Of a stretch of 49,206 nucleotides of DNA, positions 12,317-22,746 are shown piece by piece. Origin of the DNA: Octopus bimaculoides (taxonomy: Eukaryota); the NCBI RefSeq assembly GCF_001194135.2, contig NC_068992.1, positions 36,477,803 through 36,527,008 on the forward strand, written 5' to 3'. The notes below the pieces were generated by a model. The model was not told the origin of the DNA. It saw only the letters and a program-made list of their open reading frames with translations, and made no database searches. Position numbers and translations under genes: made by a program. The stretch's first letter is position 1; each line of letters begins with the position of its first letter.

Positions 12317-12874
12317 AACATCAAACAAGATGAGGACTAATATCCGTCAAATGTAAATATTGTAAATAATGTACATAATTCTTCATCTCTTAAATATAGA
12401 ACTGTATAATCTAGTGAAGTACTAGGAATTAAGAAATATAAGATGTTGTGGGACTTTAACATTCAGACTGACAGAGTAATAGAAGCCAGAAAGCCTATTT
12501 TAGTAGTAGTACATAAAGAGAATGGTCAGTAACTGATAATTGACTTTATAGTCCCAAATGATGAAAAAAAAATCAATATGAGAGGTATAGATAAGTAGCA
12601 AAGTACCTGGATCTAACCATTGAATTACAGACACTCTGGAAACTGTGGGTAAATGTACCTCAGTAGTTACAGGTGCATTAGGAACTATCCTTAAAGATTT
12701 GAACAGATGGATAGAGGAAACAGGCATAAAACCCAGTTTAGTACAGCTCCAGAAAACTGTTATTAGGGACAGCCAGGATACTTATGAGAGTTCTTGATAT
12801 CTAAAATTACTTGTTGTTTCCTGATGTAAGGAATTTTTCTTTTCCAACTGTCTAATCTGTTGTGTGTATATGAA

Positions 12875-13050
12875 TAGTAATAATAATAATAATAATAATG
12901 ATAATAATAATAATAATGATAATACTAATAATAATAATAATTATCATAATAATAATGATAATAATAATAATAATAATAATATAATAATTATATTATTATT
13001 ATATTATTATTATTTATTATTATTATGAAAATAACAATAATAATAATAAA
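12875..13050 (+). repeat. (TAA)n/(TTA)n microsatellite
   Basis: Directly visible. Confidence 0.95.
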
Positions 13051-13215
13051 TGCCCAGATGCAGTACCAGGCAGTGGCTCTCATGGCTTCTGATCTTAATT
13101 GATTGGAAGTGTTATCATGTACATTGTTTTGTCTTGGTATAAAAGATGGGCTACAGCAAATATTTGTGTATTTTACCCCAGTGTCACTTTGATGGTATGC
13201 ACTGCTCTCTCACTC

Positions 13216-13216
<1 letters not shown>
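13051..13216 (+). mobile_element. short non-coding interspersed repeat embedded in (TAA)n (probably internally deleted)
   Basis: Non-microsatellite island between two (TAA)n tracts, ending ctctctcactc-aataataat. I recognise it as a common octopus repeat; the family is not verified. Confidence 0.4.
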
Positions 13217-13247
<31 letters not shown>

Positions 13248-13287
13248 CAAAAACAACAACAACAATAACAACAATGATAATAATAAG

Positions 13288-13912
13288 AGCTGGCTAGTAT
13301 TTACACTGGACAATATGTCAGCATTATAAAATCAAAACTGCTGACAAATGGTATAAGCACCATCCTGAAGCTGTGACTGAGGGAAAAATGTATCGATTCT
13401 CTGAGACTTCCCCGTACATACCGACAAGGCTATAAAAGCTAATAAACCAGATATTAATATAAAAGATCAGACAAAGAAGATGTGTTTATTAACTGACATG
13501 ATTATTCCCTGTTATCATAATATAGCGGCGAAAGAATTTGACAAGATCAGTAAATATAAAGACTTGCTAATAGAAATTGAAAAAATGTGGCACCTCAAGG
13601 CGACTACCGTACCAGTGATTGTAGGATCGCTACGAATGATAAAAAACAGGTACTGAAACCTATTTGAAAATGATACTAGGCTTACCATCCCTACAGGAAG
13701 TGCAAAAAATCGTGTTAACTGGAACGTCTCATGTACTGAGAAGAGCATTATCGCCGTGAAAACAACATGCATTCATGAAATTTTTTTTTTTAACATATTT
13801 TACCTGTGAATTTGCGTGTGTAAACTGGGAATGCATACGAGTTTCTCTGCCCTAGGTGTACGGAAAATACTCGGCGAGAAATAGAAGAAAATTTGAAGAA
13901 AGAAGAAAAAGA
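13288..13912 (+). mobile_element. R4/Dong-type LINE 3' end (RLE endonuclease domain + 3' UTR)
   Basis: WYKHHPEAV, D(F)PVHTDKAIKANKPDI, SKYKDLLIEIEKMWHLKATTVPVIVGSL. Flanked by (AAT/AAC)n and (TAA)n. Confidence 0.85.
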
Positions 13913-13939
13913 AAACATAATAGTAATAATAATAATATT

Positions 13940-13983
<44 letters not shown>

Positions 13984-13984
13984 G

Positions 13985-15935
13985 TTGGGTTTGAAAGCCA
14001 AAGATTAATGTCAACATAACCTGAAGGAACCATGGTGGAAAAGGAGAATAGCGCAGTCTATTAAGGAGACCAGCAAATATATTAATATTCTGGAACGGAA
14101 AAAAAAAGAAATGAAGCTCAGCGAGAAAAATATGTTGAGCTAGAGAGGAAGTAGAGGGTGAATAGAAAGGGAGTCAATGTCGTGATTGAGGAGTTAAAGC
14201 AGAGGTTGAAAGCTAAAGCACCTAAACTAAAGAGATATGAACAAAGAATTGAGCAATACAGATTAAACAAACTTTTCAAATAAAATCAGAAACGAGTATG
14301 TCAGGAACTGAATGGGAAAGAAGAAGGTGAAAAGGCCATGCCGGATGCTGAAGAAAGCAAAAGATTCTGGGCAAACATATGGTCTCAGGAGAAACAGCAC
14401 GAAACTGAAGTAGAGTGGTTAAAGACACTCAAAGTGGAGAGTGGAGAGTATCAGCAGGAGGATTTGAGCATAGCCGAGGAGATGATTAGAGAACAGTGCA
14501 GGAGAATTTCTAACTGGAAAGCGTCTGACCCAGATGGGGTTCAGGACGTTTGGCTTAAAAACTTAACAGCTCTGCACAGGAGAATTGCGACACAGCTGCA
14601 CGAAATATTGAGTAGTGATATCGAAGTACCGGCCTGGATGAACGGTACTACGCCAGAAGGACCCAAGTAAAGGGAATGCGGTCGGAATTTCCACCAATAT
14701 CTTGTTTGCCACTGATGTGGAAACTGAAGACGAACGACATCTATAAGTAACTAGATGAGAACGACATAATACTAGTGGAACAAAAGGAATGTAGACGTAA
14801 GAGTAGAAGAACGAAGGATCAATTACTAATCGATAAGACTATCTTGGCTGACTTGCAAGAAGAGACACAAAAATTTGGCGATGGTATGGATGGACTACAG
14901 GAAAGCATATGACATGGTCCCACACTCGTGGATTATTGAATGCCTCAAACTGCCTAAGGTCCCCTCAATATCCTGAAGTTAATACAAAACTCGATAGCAA
15001 CGTGACGAACTGAACTCATAGCAAGGGATGATAAGCTGGGAGAGGTAAATATCTAAAGAGGAAACTTTCAAAGGGACAGTCTGCCGCCTCTATTTGTTGT
15101 CTGCATACTGCCACGAACTAGCGTTTTAAGATAGATACGTGTGGGGTTCACGCTAGGCAGGGTGAAAGTAAACAACCTGTGGTTTATGGATGACTTAAAG
15201 CTATTTGCTAAGACTGAGAAAGAAACTGAGAGTTTGACGGCAACTGTGCAGATGTTTAGCTAAGATATTGGTATGGAATTTGGGATCAAGAAATGTGGTG
15301 TAATGATTCTCAAAAGGGATAAAATCAGTAAAAGCCATGGGCTCAAGCTGGAAAGTGGCGAAACTATAAAAGAAATTGGAGAGGAAGGATATAAGTACCT
15401 GGGTATCATTGAAAGAGATAAGATGAATGAACACAAGATGAAAGAAATGTATAGGAAAGAGTATTTGAGGAGAATTCGGCTTGTGCTCCAATCGAAGCTA
15501 AATGGTCACTATAAGATTAAAGCAAGCGTGAGCAGTTGCTTTGATGAGATATTGGGCAGGAATAGTATCTTGGCAAAAGAATGAATTACAATCGATAGAC
15601 CGGAGAACACTAAATTAATGACACTGAACAAGGAACTACACCCCAAGAGTTGTGTAAGGGAAGAGGAGAATAGCCTGGCTTGGTATGTCAAGAGGAGTAA
15701 AGAAGAAATTATTGAAGCAAGGAAAATGCAGGGAACCTTAAAAGTGAACGAAGCCGTAGATCCAACACGATTGAAGATGACCAGGGAGAGCAGATGAAGA
15801 AAATTTGGTAGGACAAGAAAATGCACAGTCAGATCTTGAAGAATAAAGATGATATTGATTGGAACAGAATCTGGCAATGGCTGCAGAAAGGAGACTTAAA
15901 AGAGTCCACTGAGGCGTTAGTGTGCAGCGCTCTTA
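13985..15935 (+). mobile_element. R4/Dong-type LINE, N-terminal region + RT (decayed, internally deleted)
   Basis: [89 protein letters not shown]. Confidence 0.88.
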
Positions 15936-17765
15936 TATATGGATGATCTAAAACTGTACGCTACAAATGATAAACAGCTGGAAACATTACTACAGACAGT
16001 ACATGGATTTACCAAAGAGATAAACATGAAATTTAGCTTAGGAAAATGTGCGAAAGCAACCTTGAAAAGAGGAGAACTAGTTAAGAGTAGCAACATCACA
16101 CTGGATAAAGCAAATGAAATAAGAGAGTTAGACCAAAACCAGACATACAAATACTTAGGAATCAATAATCAATAAAGCCTCCTCACCAGAAGTTACCAAA
16201 AACATATAATGAGAAGAAACATAACAGGTAACGGCAGAATATGTGGAGATGGACAAGAAACAATAAAGTATATTGTCTCTGGCTGCCCAGTTCTGGTTAA
16301 GAAGGGATATATCCACAGACACGACGCAGTTGGGATCTATATACACTGGAATTTATGCCAACACTATGGAATAACAACAGAAAAAAGATGGTATAGGCAC
16401 ACGCCAGATTAGATACGATACAACATACACAAATGAAAGAGAAAATAAAAAAAGAATGCTATAGACGAGTTAGATTAATACTGAAAACAGAGCTCAATGA
16501 GAAAAACAAGGTGATAAGTATCAATACTCTTGCTGTCCCAGTTATAAGTTACAGCTTCAATATCCTTAACTGGACACTAAATGAACGAATACAAATAGAC
16601 AGAACAAGAAAAATAATGACAGGATTTAGGATACAAACACCCAAAATCTGACATAGAAAGGTTATATATACAACGTATCGAAGGTAGTAGAAGCCTTATA
16701 CAGCTAGAAAACTATTACAAAATAACCACCATAGGACTACAAAAAAAAAACTAACTTCAGAAACAAGGAAAACTAATACAAATAGCCACAAAACATGAAC
16801 AAAACAAAAAAAAAACTATTTTCAGTCTTTAAGGAAGCTGACAAATACAATCAAGAAGTCATACTACGAAGAAAAAGAAGAAAACAACAATAGCTGTTAA
16901 ACAACTGGAATCCAAACTAAAATTGGAACAGCAACGGATCATGATGAAACGATGGCATGAAAAGCCCCTTCATGGCAAATATTGGGTTAAAATAAGCCCA
17001 AAAGAAATAGACAAAGCAAAATCCCAATAATGGCTGAGAAGCTCAGGACTCAAAACAGAGATTGAAGGATTTTAATTGCAGCACAAGACCAAAGCCCCGT
17101 CACCAGAGGTTACCAAAAACATATAATGAGAAGAAACATAGCAAGTAACGGCAGAATATGTGGCGATGGACAAGAAACAATAAACCATATTGTCTCTAGC
17201 CGCCCAGTTCTGGTTAAGAAGGAATATATCCACAGATACGACAGAGTTGGGATCTATATACACTGGAATTTATGCCAACACTATGGAATAACAACAGAAA
17301 AAAGATGGTATAGGCACCCGCCAGAAAAGGTCACAAAAAATGAGAAAGCAAACTTACCAAGCGATATGTCAATACACACAGATAGAAAAATTAAGGCCAA
17401 TAGGCCGAGAAAAAAACCGTCTAATCGATGTATCAATACATCAATGGAGAAATTTTCAAAATACAAAGGCCTGGAAATAGAGGTAACTCGAATGTGGAAT
17501 CTAAAAACAGAAACAATCCTTATCATAATAGGGTTACTAGGTATGATAAAAAATATATTCAGACAAATACATAACAAAAACATCAGGACTATCAAGTATA
17601 TATAACATACAGAAAATAGCACTACTGGGCACTGCACACATCCTACGCAAAACACTTTCAATACAGTAACCATAAGAGCACCACAGCAAACTACAGCACA
17701 TACCCAAAGCATACAGAGCTGCGGTCGGTAATGCAGTGAAAGCACGTGATAAAAATAAGACTACT
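15936..17765 (+). mobile_element. R4/Dong-type LINE, second subfamily (RT end through RLE and 3' UTR) with an internal 235-bp duplication
   Basis: MDDLKLYA..FSLGKCAK..YKYLGI, CRIC-like knuckle and HWNLCQHY, TDRKIKANRP, SKYKGLEIEVTRMWNLKT. Strongly similar to 28206-29395. Ends in (TAA)n at 17766. Confidence 0.88.
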
Positions 17766-17870
17766 GAATAATAATAATAATAATAATAACAACAACATTT
17801 TATAGGATTGAGGTAACTCCTCCAGTAGGTATACAGGTGCAAAACGAAGAAGAGTGCCATTGTTATCAAG

Positions 17871-17911
17871 TGAACGATATTTCGGCATCTAGCGTACCTT
17901 CCACAGGTTCA
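17871..17911 (-). ncRNA. minimal type-I hammerhead motif, family 2 (A6-to-U core)
   Basis: Reverse complement: tgaac-CTGTGGA-a-ggta-cgctaga-tgcc-GAAA-tatc-gttca. Perfect 5-bp stem I, palindromic ATAT stem III, AUC cleavage triplet. Confidence 0.7.
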
Positions 17912-17951
17912 AAAAATACCAAAAATTAACTAGATTGAGAAGTTTATTTTT

Positions 17952-17992
17952 TGAACCTGTTGAAGTCATGCTAGATGCCGAAATATCGTTCA
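17952..17992 (+). ncRNA. minimal type-I hammerhead motif, family 2 (A6-to-U core)
   Basis: tgaac-CTGTTGA-a-gtcat-gctag-atgcc-GAAA-tatc-gttca. Stem I tgaac/gttca is perfect, stem II has one mismatch, predicted cleavage after C17987. Confidence 0.7.
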
Positions 17993-18026
17993 CTTGATAA
18001 CAATGGCACTCTTTTTTTGTTTTGTT

Positions 18027-18057
<31 letters not shown>

Positions 18058-18059
<2 letters not shown>

Positions 18060-18475
18060 GCCGTAGAGCCTCTGTTGAAACACACGAAGTAGACCGGCGT
18101 CATTAAAACGGAAAATTGCGTAACGAAAGAAAAATTTAAAGAAATGAACAAAAACAAAATGCATGGAAGGAAAAGAAAATGTACGATCAGTTTGCAAGAG
18201 ATATGAACGCCAAGACAAATACCGAGGACCAGTGGCTATGGATCAGGAGGGATGATCTGCAGATAGAGACAGAAGCACTCATGTGCGCAACTCAGGAACA
18301 AGCGTTCAGGAGCAATGATATGAAGTACAGAATAGACAACACAACCGATAGCGACAATTGCAGAATGTGTGGTGAGGGGTAAAATGGTATGGCACATCGT
18401 TAGCGAATGCCCGAAATTGGCACAACGCGAATACAAAAGACGCCATGACATTGTGGCAAGAATGATCTATTGATC
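18058..18475 (+). mobile_element. R4/Dong-type LINE internal fragment (CCHC knuckle region)
   Basis: ETEALMCATQEQAFRSN..DSDNCRMCGEG..HIVSECPKLAQREYKRRHD. Bounded by (TAA)n on both sides. Confidence 0.8.
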
Positions 18476-18484
18476 ATAATAATA

Positions 18485-19870
18485 ATACCGTCAAGGAGGT
18501 TATGAAGAAAGTAGAAGTGACGGGCTATAAGTACTTGGGGATATTGGAAACGGATAAATCGATGGAGAAAGAAATGACAGAAAAATTGAAGGTGGAGTAC
18601 TTGCGCAGGCTGAGACTGATCCGAAATTAAACGGACGGAATAAGATTGAAGCTATCAACGCCTGGTTGTTTTCACTCCTTAAATATGGAGCAGGGGTAAT
18701 CGCATGGACAGTAGACGAACTAAACCCCTTAGACAGAAACACAAGGAAGTTACTAACTAGATATGGGATACTCCAACCCAAAAGTGACATAAACAAACTG
18801 TATGTACCAAGGAAAAGAGAGAGAAGAGGACTGATTGGATGTGAACACAGCATTAGAGCAGAAGTAAACGACATAGCATGGTATGTAAAAATGCCACAGA
18901 ACCGCTATTATTGAAACTAAGAAAGTTAGGCTTGTGTAGGATGGAAGATTACAAAGATAAAGCACTGTACAAGCACTTGAGAATGAAGTAAACTAAAAAT
19001 AGGTGGATAAAGAAAAGAATACATGGACAATTTCATAGGAATATTGACAATAAGACGGACAGAGAAAAAAGATAGCTATGGATGACTAAAAGTGATTTAA
19101 AACCGGAAATGAAGACTCTAACCTGTGTTGCCCAAGAGCAAGCTATAAGAACCAATTACATCCTATACAGAACAGACAACATATCAGAAAATGATAAGTG
19201 CAGAATTTGTGGACAAAATGATGAAACCGTATGGCATATTATCAGTCATTGTACGCCACTAGCCCAGAAAGAATATAAGAGACGTCATGACAACATAGTA
19301 AGGATTGTCTATTGGATACTTTGCAACATGTATTGACTTGACATAGCAATAAATTGGTACGATCATAAACCCGAAGGCATCATCGAAAATAAAAATGCAA
19401 AGATCCTATGGGATTTTATGATTCAGTGCGACTATGAGATAGAGAATATGAAACCAGACAGTATTAATTGAGAAAGAACGCAAATGATGCTCCATCATAG
19501 ATATAGCGTGCCCAGCTGACAACATGGTATGCGATAAGGAAGAAGGAAAATCGATAGATTTGACAGGTTAGCTTGGGAGGATAAGCAGTTATGGTTGATG
19601 AAAAAGGCGGTAAAAGTACCAATAACTGTAGTAGTGCCAAGACCTAGGAACAGTGAGTAAAAATCTTGAGAAATACTTGGAACTGATAGGGGTTGCCATA
19701 AGGGTGAAGCACTTGCAGAAAACAGCACTGCTTGGAACCGCTCGAATACTCCGGAAGGTGCTCGAAAAATGAAAGGTGTTATCTTAGTTCACTGGTGGTG
19801 AACAAGTGACACTGTAGTACATCTCCAGCGTTAGATGCTGTGCAAAACCAATAAAATGATAATAATAATG
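18485..19870 (+). mobile_element. R4/Dong-type LINE, third subfamily, 5'-truncated with 3' end
   Basis: YKYLGILE, LQPKSDINKLYVPRK, AQEQAIRTN..CRICGQNDETVWHIISHC..KRRHDN, ILWDFMIQCD..KPD, ALLGTARILRKVL. Tail gataataataat at ~19858-19870. Confidence 0.88.
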
Positions 19871-19899
19871 GTTTATTTATTAACCATAAATGTTTATAT

Positions 19900-20582
19900 C
19901 AAGAAAAACATTATGTACAGCACAGGACAAAAGAAAGAATGTGTGTGGGTGTTAATTGTTGTGAGAGTTTTGCGTATAAAAGACTAGCAAAATTGTATAA
20001 AAGACTAGCAAAATTGTATAAAAGAAAGAAAGAAGGAAACAATGAAATCAACAACGTGTATTCCTCAATAGGGAGGAGACTTAGATAGCTGCTCATGGAA
20101 AACCCCATAAAAAAAACCATTGGTACTCTGACTTTCGGGGCAGGTGGCTTTTTGTCTTTCCTTTTTCTCAACTACAGGCGTATGCACAGGGCAGGCCCGT
20201 TCACTCGCATCATTCTCGCCACTTTCATCCACTTTTTAGAAAACTTGTGAGAAGACAACACTTCCCTCTCTACCCTCATTTTCCTTTTCAAGGGATTGGC
20301 GAAAGAGAAAAGTGTCTTCATCCCCTTTAGCCTCGTCCACTAAACAACGTCTTTCGCCATGGCCACCAGGCATATAAACACAGCCTTTCCTTCCTGGTTA
20401 AACGAAGGTGTTGGGGCGGTGGATTCAGTTGACAACTGGAACCGTCCCACACGCGACAGCAGGTGTTCGACTTTAATCCACAGGTCAGTAATGGTCAGGC
20501 CTCGTCGTCTTGCGCGCATTTCGGACATGCTCAGCTGATGGCAGGCACTTCCGTGCCTGTAAAGTTTAGCTCGAACAGGCAA
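19900..20582 (-). mobile_element. L1/Tx1-clade LINE ORF2 C-terminus + 3' UTR
   Basis: VEHLLSRVGRFQLSTES..PSFNQEGKAVFICLVAMAKDVV*WTR..LKRKMRVEREVL. Homologous to 2900-3945. The UTR has a 21-bp tandem duplication at ~19974-20020. Confidence 0.82.
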
Positions 20583-21089
20583 TGTTCCCCGGCAGTACTG
20601 CCAGGCTAAAGATTTTGAAAATTATCCATCGGTCCCGACCGCGAAATTTTTTTCTTACGAGAGTTCCGAACCCCAATAATGAAATCATTTGTTTACAACC
20701 AATCAGAATTCAGCTTGACCTTGTTGTCAAGTTAACAAACACACTCTTCAAGACGAAGAACGGTGTTGTAAGTCGACCAATCACCAAGTTATGCCTGATT
20801 TTAGAAGAAAAATAATTAGATTTGCATCTAAACCTATTATCGGATTTTGTTAGGGCCCCATATGGTAAAGATGTGGATGGTAAAAATGTGGGTAGAGGGT
20901 GATATACTAGCAACCCTCTTCCCTTACTGCTTTACAAAGTAAACAACACAAATAACTACGCAGAGGCAGCCATGGTTGAAACAAAAACAAGAACAAGCAT
21001 TATTAAAAGAGAAAAGAAGCATGGTCATTCCTTACCCAAGTGACATTATCTTATCACCCATCACTTGTTACGTGCTCATAAATTAGTTT

Positions 21090-21585
21090 NNNNNNNNNNN
21101 NNNNNNNNNNNNNNNNNNNNNNNNNNNNNNNNNNNNNNNNNNNNNNNNNNNNNNNNNNNNNNNNNNNNNNNNNNNNNNNNNNNNNNNNNNNNNNNNNNNN
21201 NNNNNNNNNNNNNNNNNNNNNNNNNNNNNNNNNNNNNNNNNNNNNNNNNNNNNNNNNNNNNNNNNNNNNNNNNNNNNNNNNNNNNNNNNNNNNNNNNNNN
21301 NNNNNNNNNNNNNNNNNNNNNNNNNNNNNNNNNNNNNNNNNNNNNNNNNNNNNNNNNNNNNNNNNNNNNNNNNNNNNNNNNNNNNNNNNNNNNNNNNNNN
21401 NNNNNNNNNNNNNNNNNNNNNNNNNNNNNNNNNNNNNNNNNNNNNNNNNNNNNNNNNNNNNNNNNNNNNNNNNNNNNNNNNNNNNNNNNNNNNNNNNNNN
21501 NNNNNNNNNNNNNNNNNNNNNNNNNNNNNNNNNNNNNNNNNNNNNNNNNNNNNNNNNNNNNNNNNNNNNNNNNNNNNNNNNNNNN
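21090..21585. other. assembly gap (N run)
   Basis: N bases. Confidence 1.
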
Positions 21586-22360
21586 CTTTCACAAGCAGTG
21601 GAAGACTATACACTTCAGCGTAATCAGACGGTAGCCAGCGACAAGGTACGACAGTCAAGCGATAATAGATGATGGATGCGATATACGCGTTAGCCACATC
21701 TGCCCGACCTTTCCGGGATAGCTTTCTCTCAGCCCATAACTGGTGAGAGTAGTCACCCTGCTCTTACTTTGTCCCAGTTTTTGTCCATCTGGAGATCAGG
21801 ACTGAACAAAACCCCGAGCAATTTAACCATCCGTCTGTCCAGTGCCCAACGACACAATTGGACGGCATGGACTTCCTTCTCCATGAGCCAAGCCGCAAGC
21901 CCACTGATTTTTCCTGGTTAATCGTCGCTCCTGAAACTGCCTCATAGTCCCTGAGAGCAATGCCCTGGAGGCAGCATAATATCAGTCAGTGTGGATGGAA
22001 GGAAAGCTACCACATACACTGAACCACAAAAGAAACGCAAGACGTGTGTGACGTTGTCGGTATATGTCGATACGCATCTCGCATATGCTAGGTCACGCGG
22101 AATATCTCTCAACGCCTCCATTTTGTGTAGTAGTGGCTCGAGAGTCAGTACATACAAGAGAGACGAGAGGGGGCAACCTTACCGGGCCAAGCGCATGATG
22201 TTGAATACAGGCCCGAAACCATCTGCCTTGAGGACCGCCACCAGATATAGATGGTCAACCCTCTCGAAAGATTCAGACTAATCTAAACTGGTCAGGGCCC
22301 CACCCGTACTAGGTTCTTTAGCCACTTCCTCACTGATATATCACATGAGGTGGCGGTTGT
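21586..22360 (-). mobile_element. L1/Tx1-clade ORF2 RT and post-RT fragment
   Basis: GGALTSLD*SESFERVDHLYL, GCPLSSLMYVLTLEPLL, YTDNVT (degenerate YADD), YEAVSGATINQEKSVGLRLGSW. Confidence 0.85.
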
Positions 22361-22746
22361 CCCTCCCACACTACCAGGGTCACCATGGATTTCCTGCGTC
22401 AGCACAACATCAGAACAACTCGTGTGGAACTGGAGGAAGCTTTCCTTAAGGTGTGGGCACAGGTGCCAATGGCTTTTGTGAACTGCTTCATGCACACCAT
22501 GTAACGACGGTATATGGCCGTTTTGAACACCCAAGGAGGGCATACATGGTATCGAACATATCACGCCTTACAATCTCGATGTGCTGAGTCAGTTCATTAC
22601 CAAAACACATAACAATGACCCATGGACTGTGGTGAAGTGCATCCAAAAAATTCACTTTATCAGATTTATCAAAATTTATCTCTGACATAATGAAATTAAA
22701 ACATATTTCAGTCACACACGTCTTGCGTTTCTTTTGTGGTTCAGTG
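22361..22746 (+). mobile_element. Tc1-family transposon 3' remnant with right TIR, inserted in a Tx1 ORF1
   Basis: HTTRVTMDFLRQHNIRT..ELEEAFLKVWAQVP..TM*RRYMAVLNTQGGHTWY (Tc1 C-terminus with the SPDLNPIE segment deleted). The end ...ttgcgtttcttttgtggttcagtg resembles a CACTG-type Tc1 TIR. Confidence 0.75.

Larger units (their letters stand above)
11836..12410. mobile_element. Penelope-like pLTR inverted-repeat insertion with 10-bp TSD and captured R4 RT fragment
   Basis: CTAGTGAAGT is duplicated at 11826-11835 and 12411-12420. Arms ~11836-11965(-) and ~12236-12405(+) are inverted copies of the repeat flanking the GIY-YIG ORF at 38.6-39.7 kb. The interior 12015-12186 is about 90% similar to 14770-14945 by manual alignment. 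Confidence 0.85.
10860..12870 (+). mobile_element. R4/Dong-type RLE LINE, 5'-truncated (RT end, CCHC, PD..D endonuclease, 3' UTR), interrupted at 11836-12410
   Basis: YKYLSVLE, HHPRAGMTRLYLPRKEGARGL, CSLC..HIVSEC..KRHDNLGRVIHW, MLWDFNIQTDRVIEARKP, LGTARIL. Followed by a (TAA)n tract. Confidence 0.88.
17840..18024. repeat. ~80-bp-arm inverted repeat carrying two hammerhead motifs (PLE pLTR-like), embedded in (TAA)n
   Basis: Left arm 17840-17918 is the reverse complement of right arm 17945-18024, with a 26-nt spacer. Confidence 0.9.

Noticed and set aside
12875-13290. CRISPR-like repeat-spacer pattern
   Set aside because: The repeats are simple trinucleotide microsatellites of variable length in a eukaryotic context, with no cas genes.
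20690-21050. Possible promoter and first exon (two CCAAT boxes, GCAGCCATGG Kozak-like ATG, MVETKTRTS...)
   Set aside because: The ORF stops after about 23 codons, there is no convincing splice donor, and the motifs are short enough to occur by chance.
22017-22746. Intact two-TIR Tc1 element
   Set aside because: The flanks outside the two TIRs are the same ORF1 sequence inverted rather than a continuous target, so the left TIR is a copied junction.
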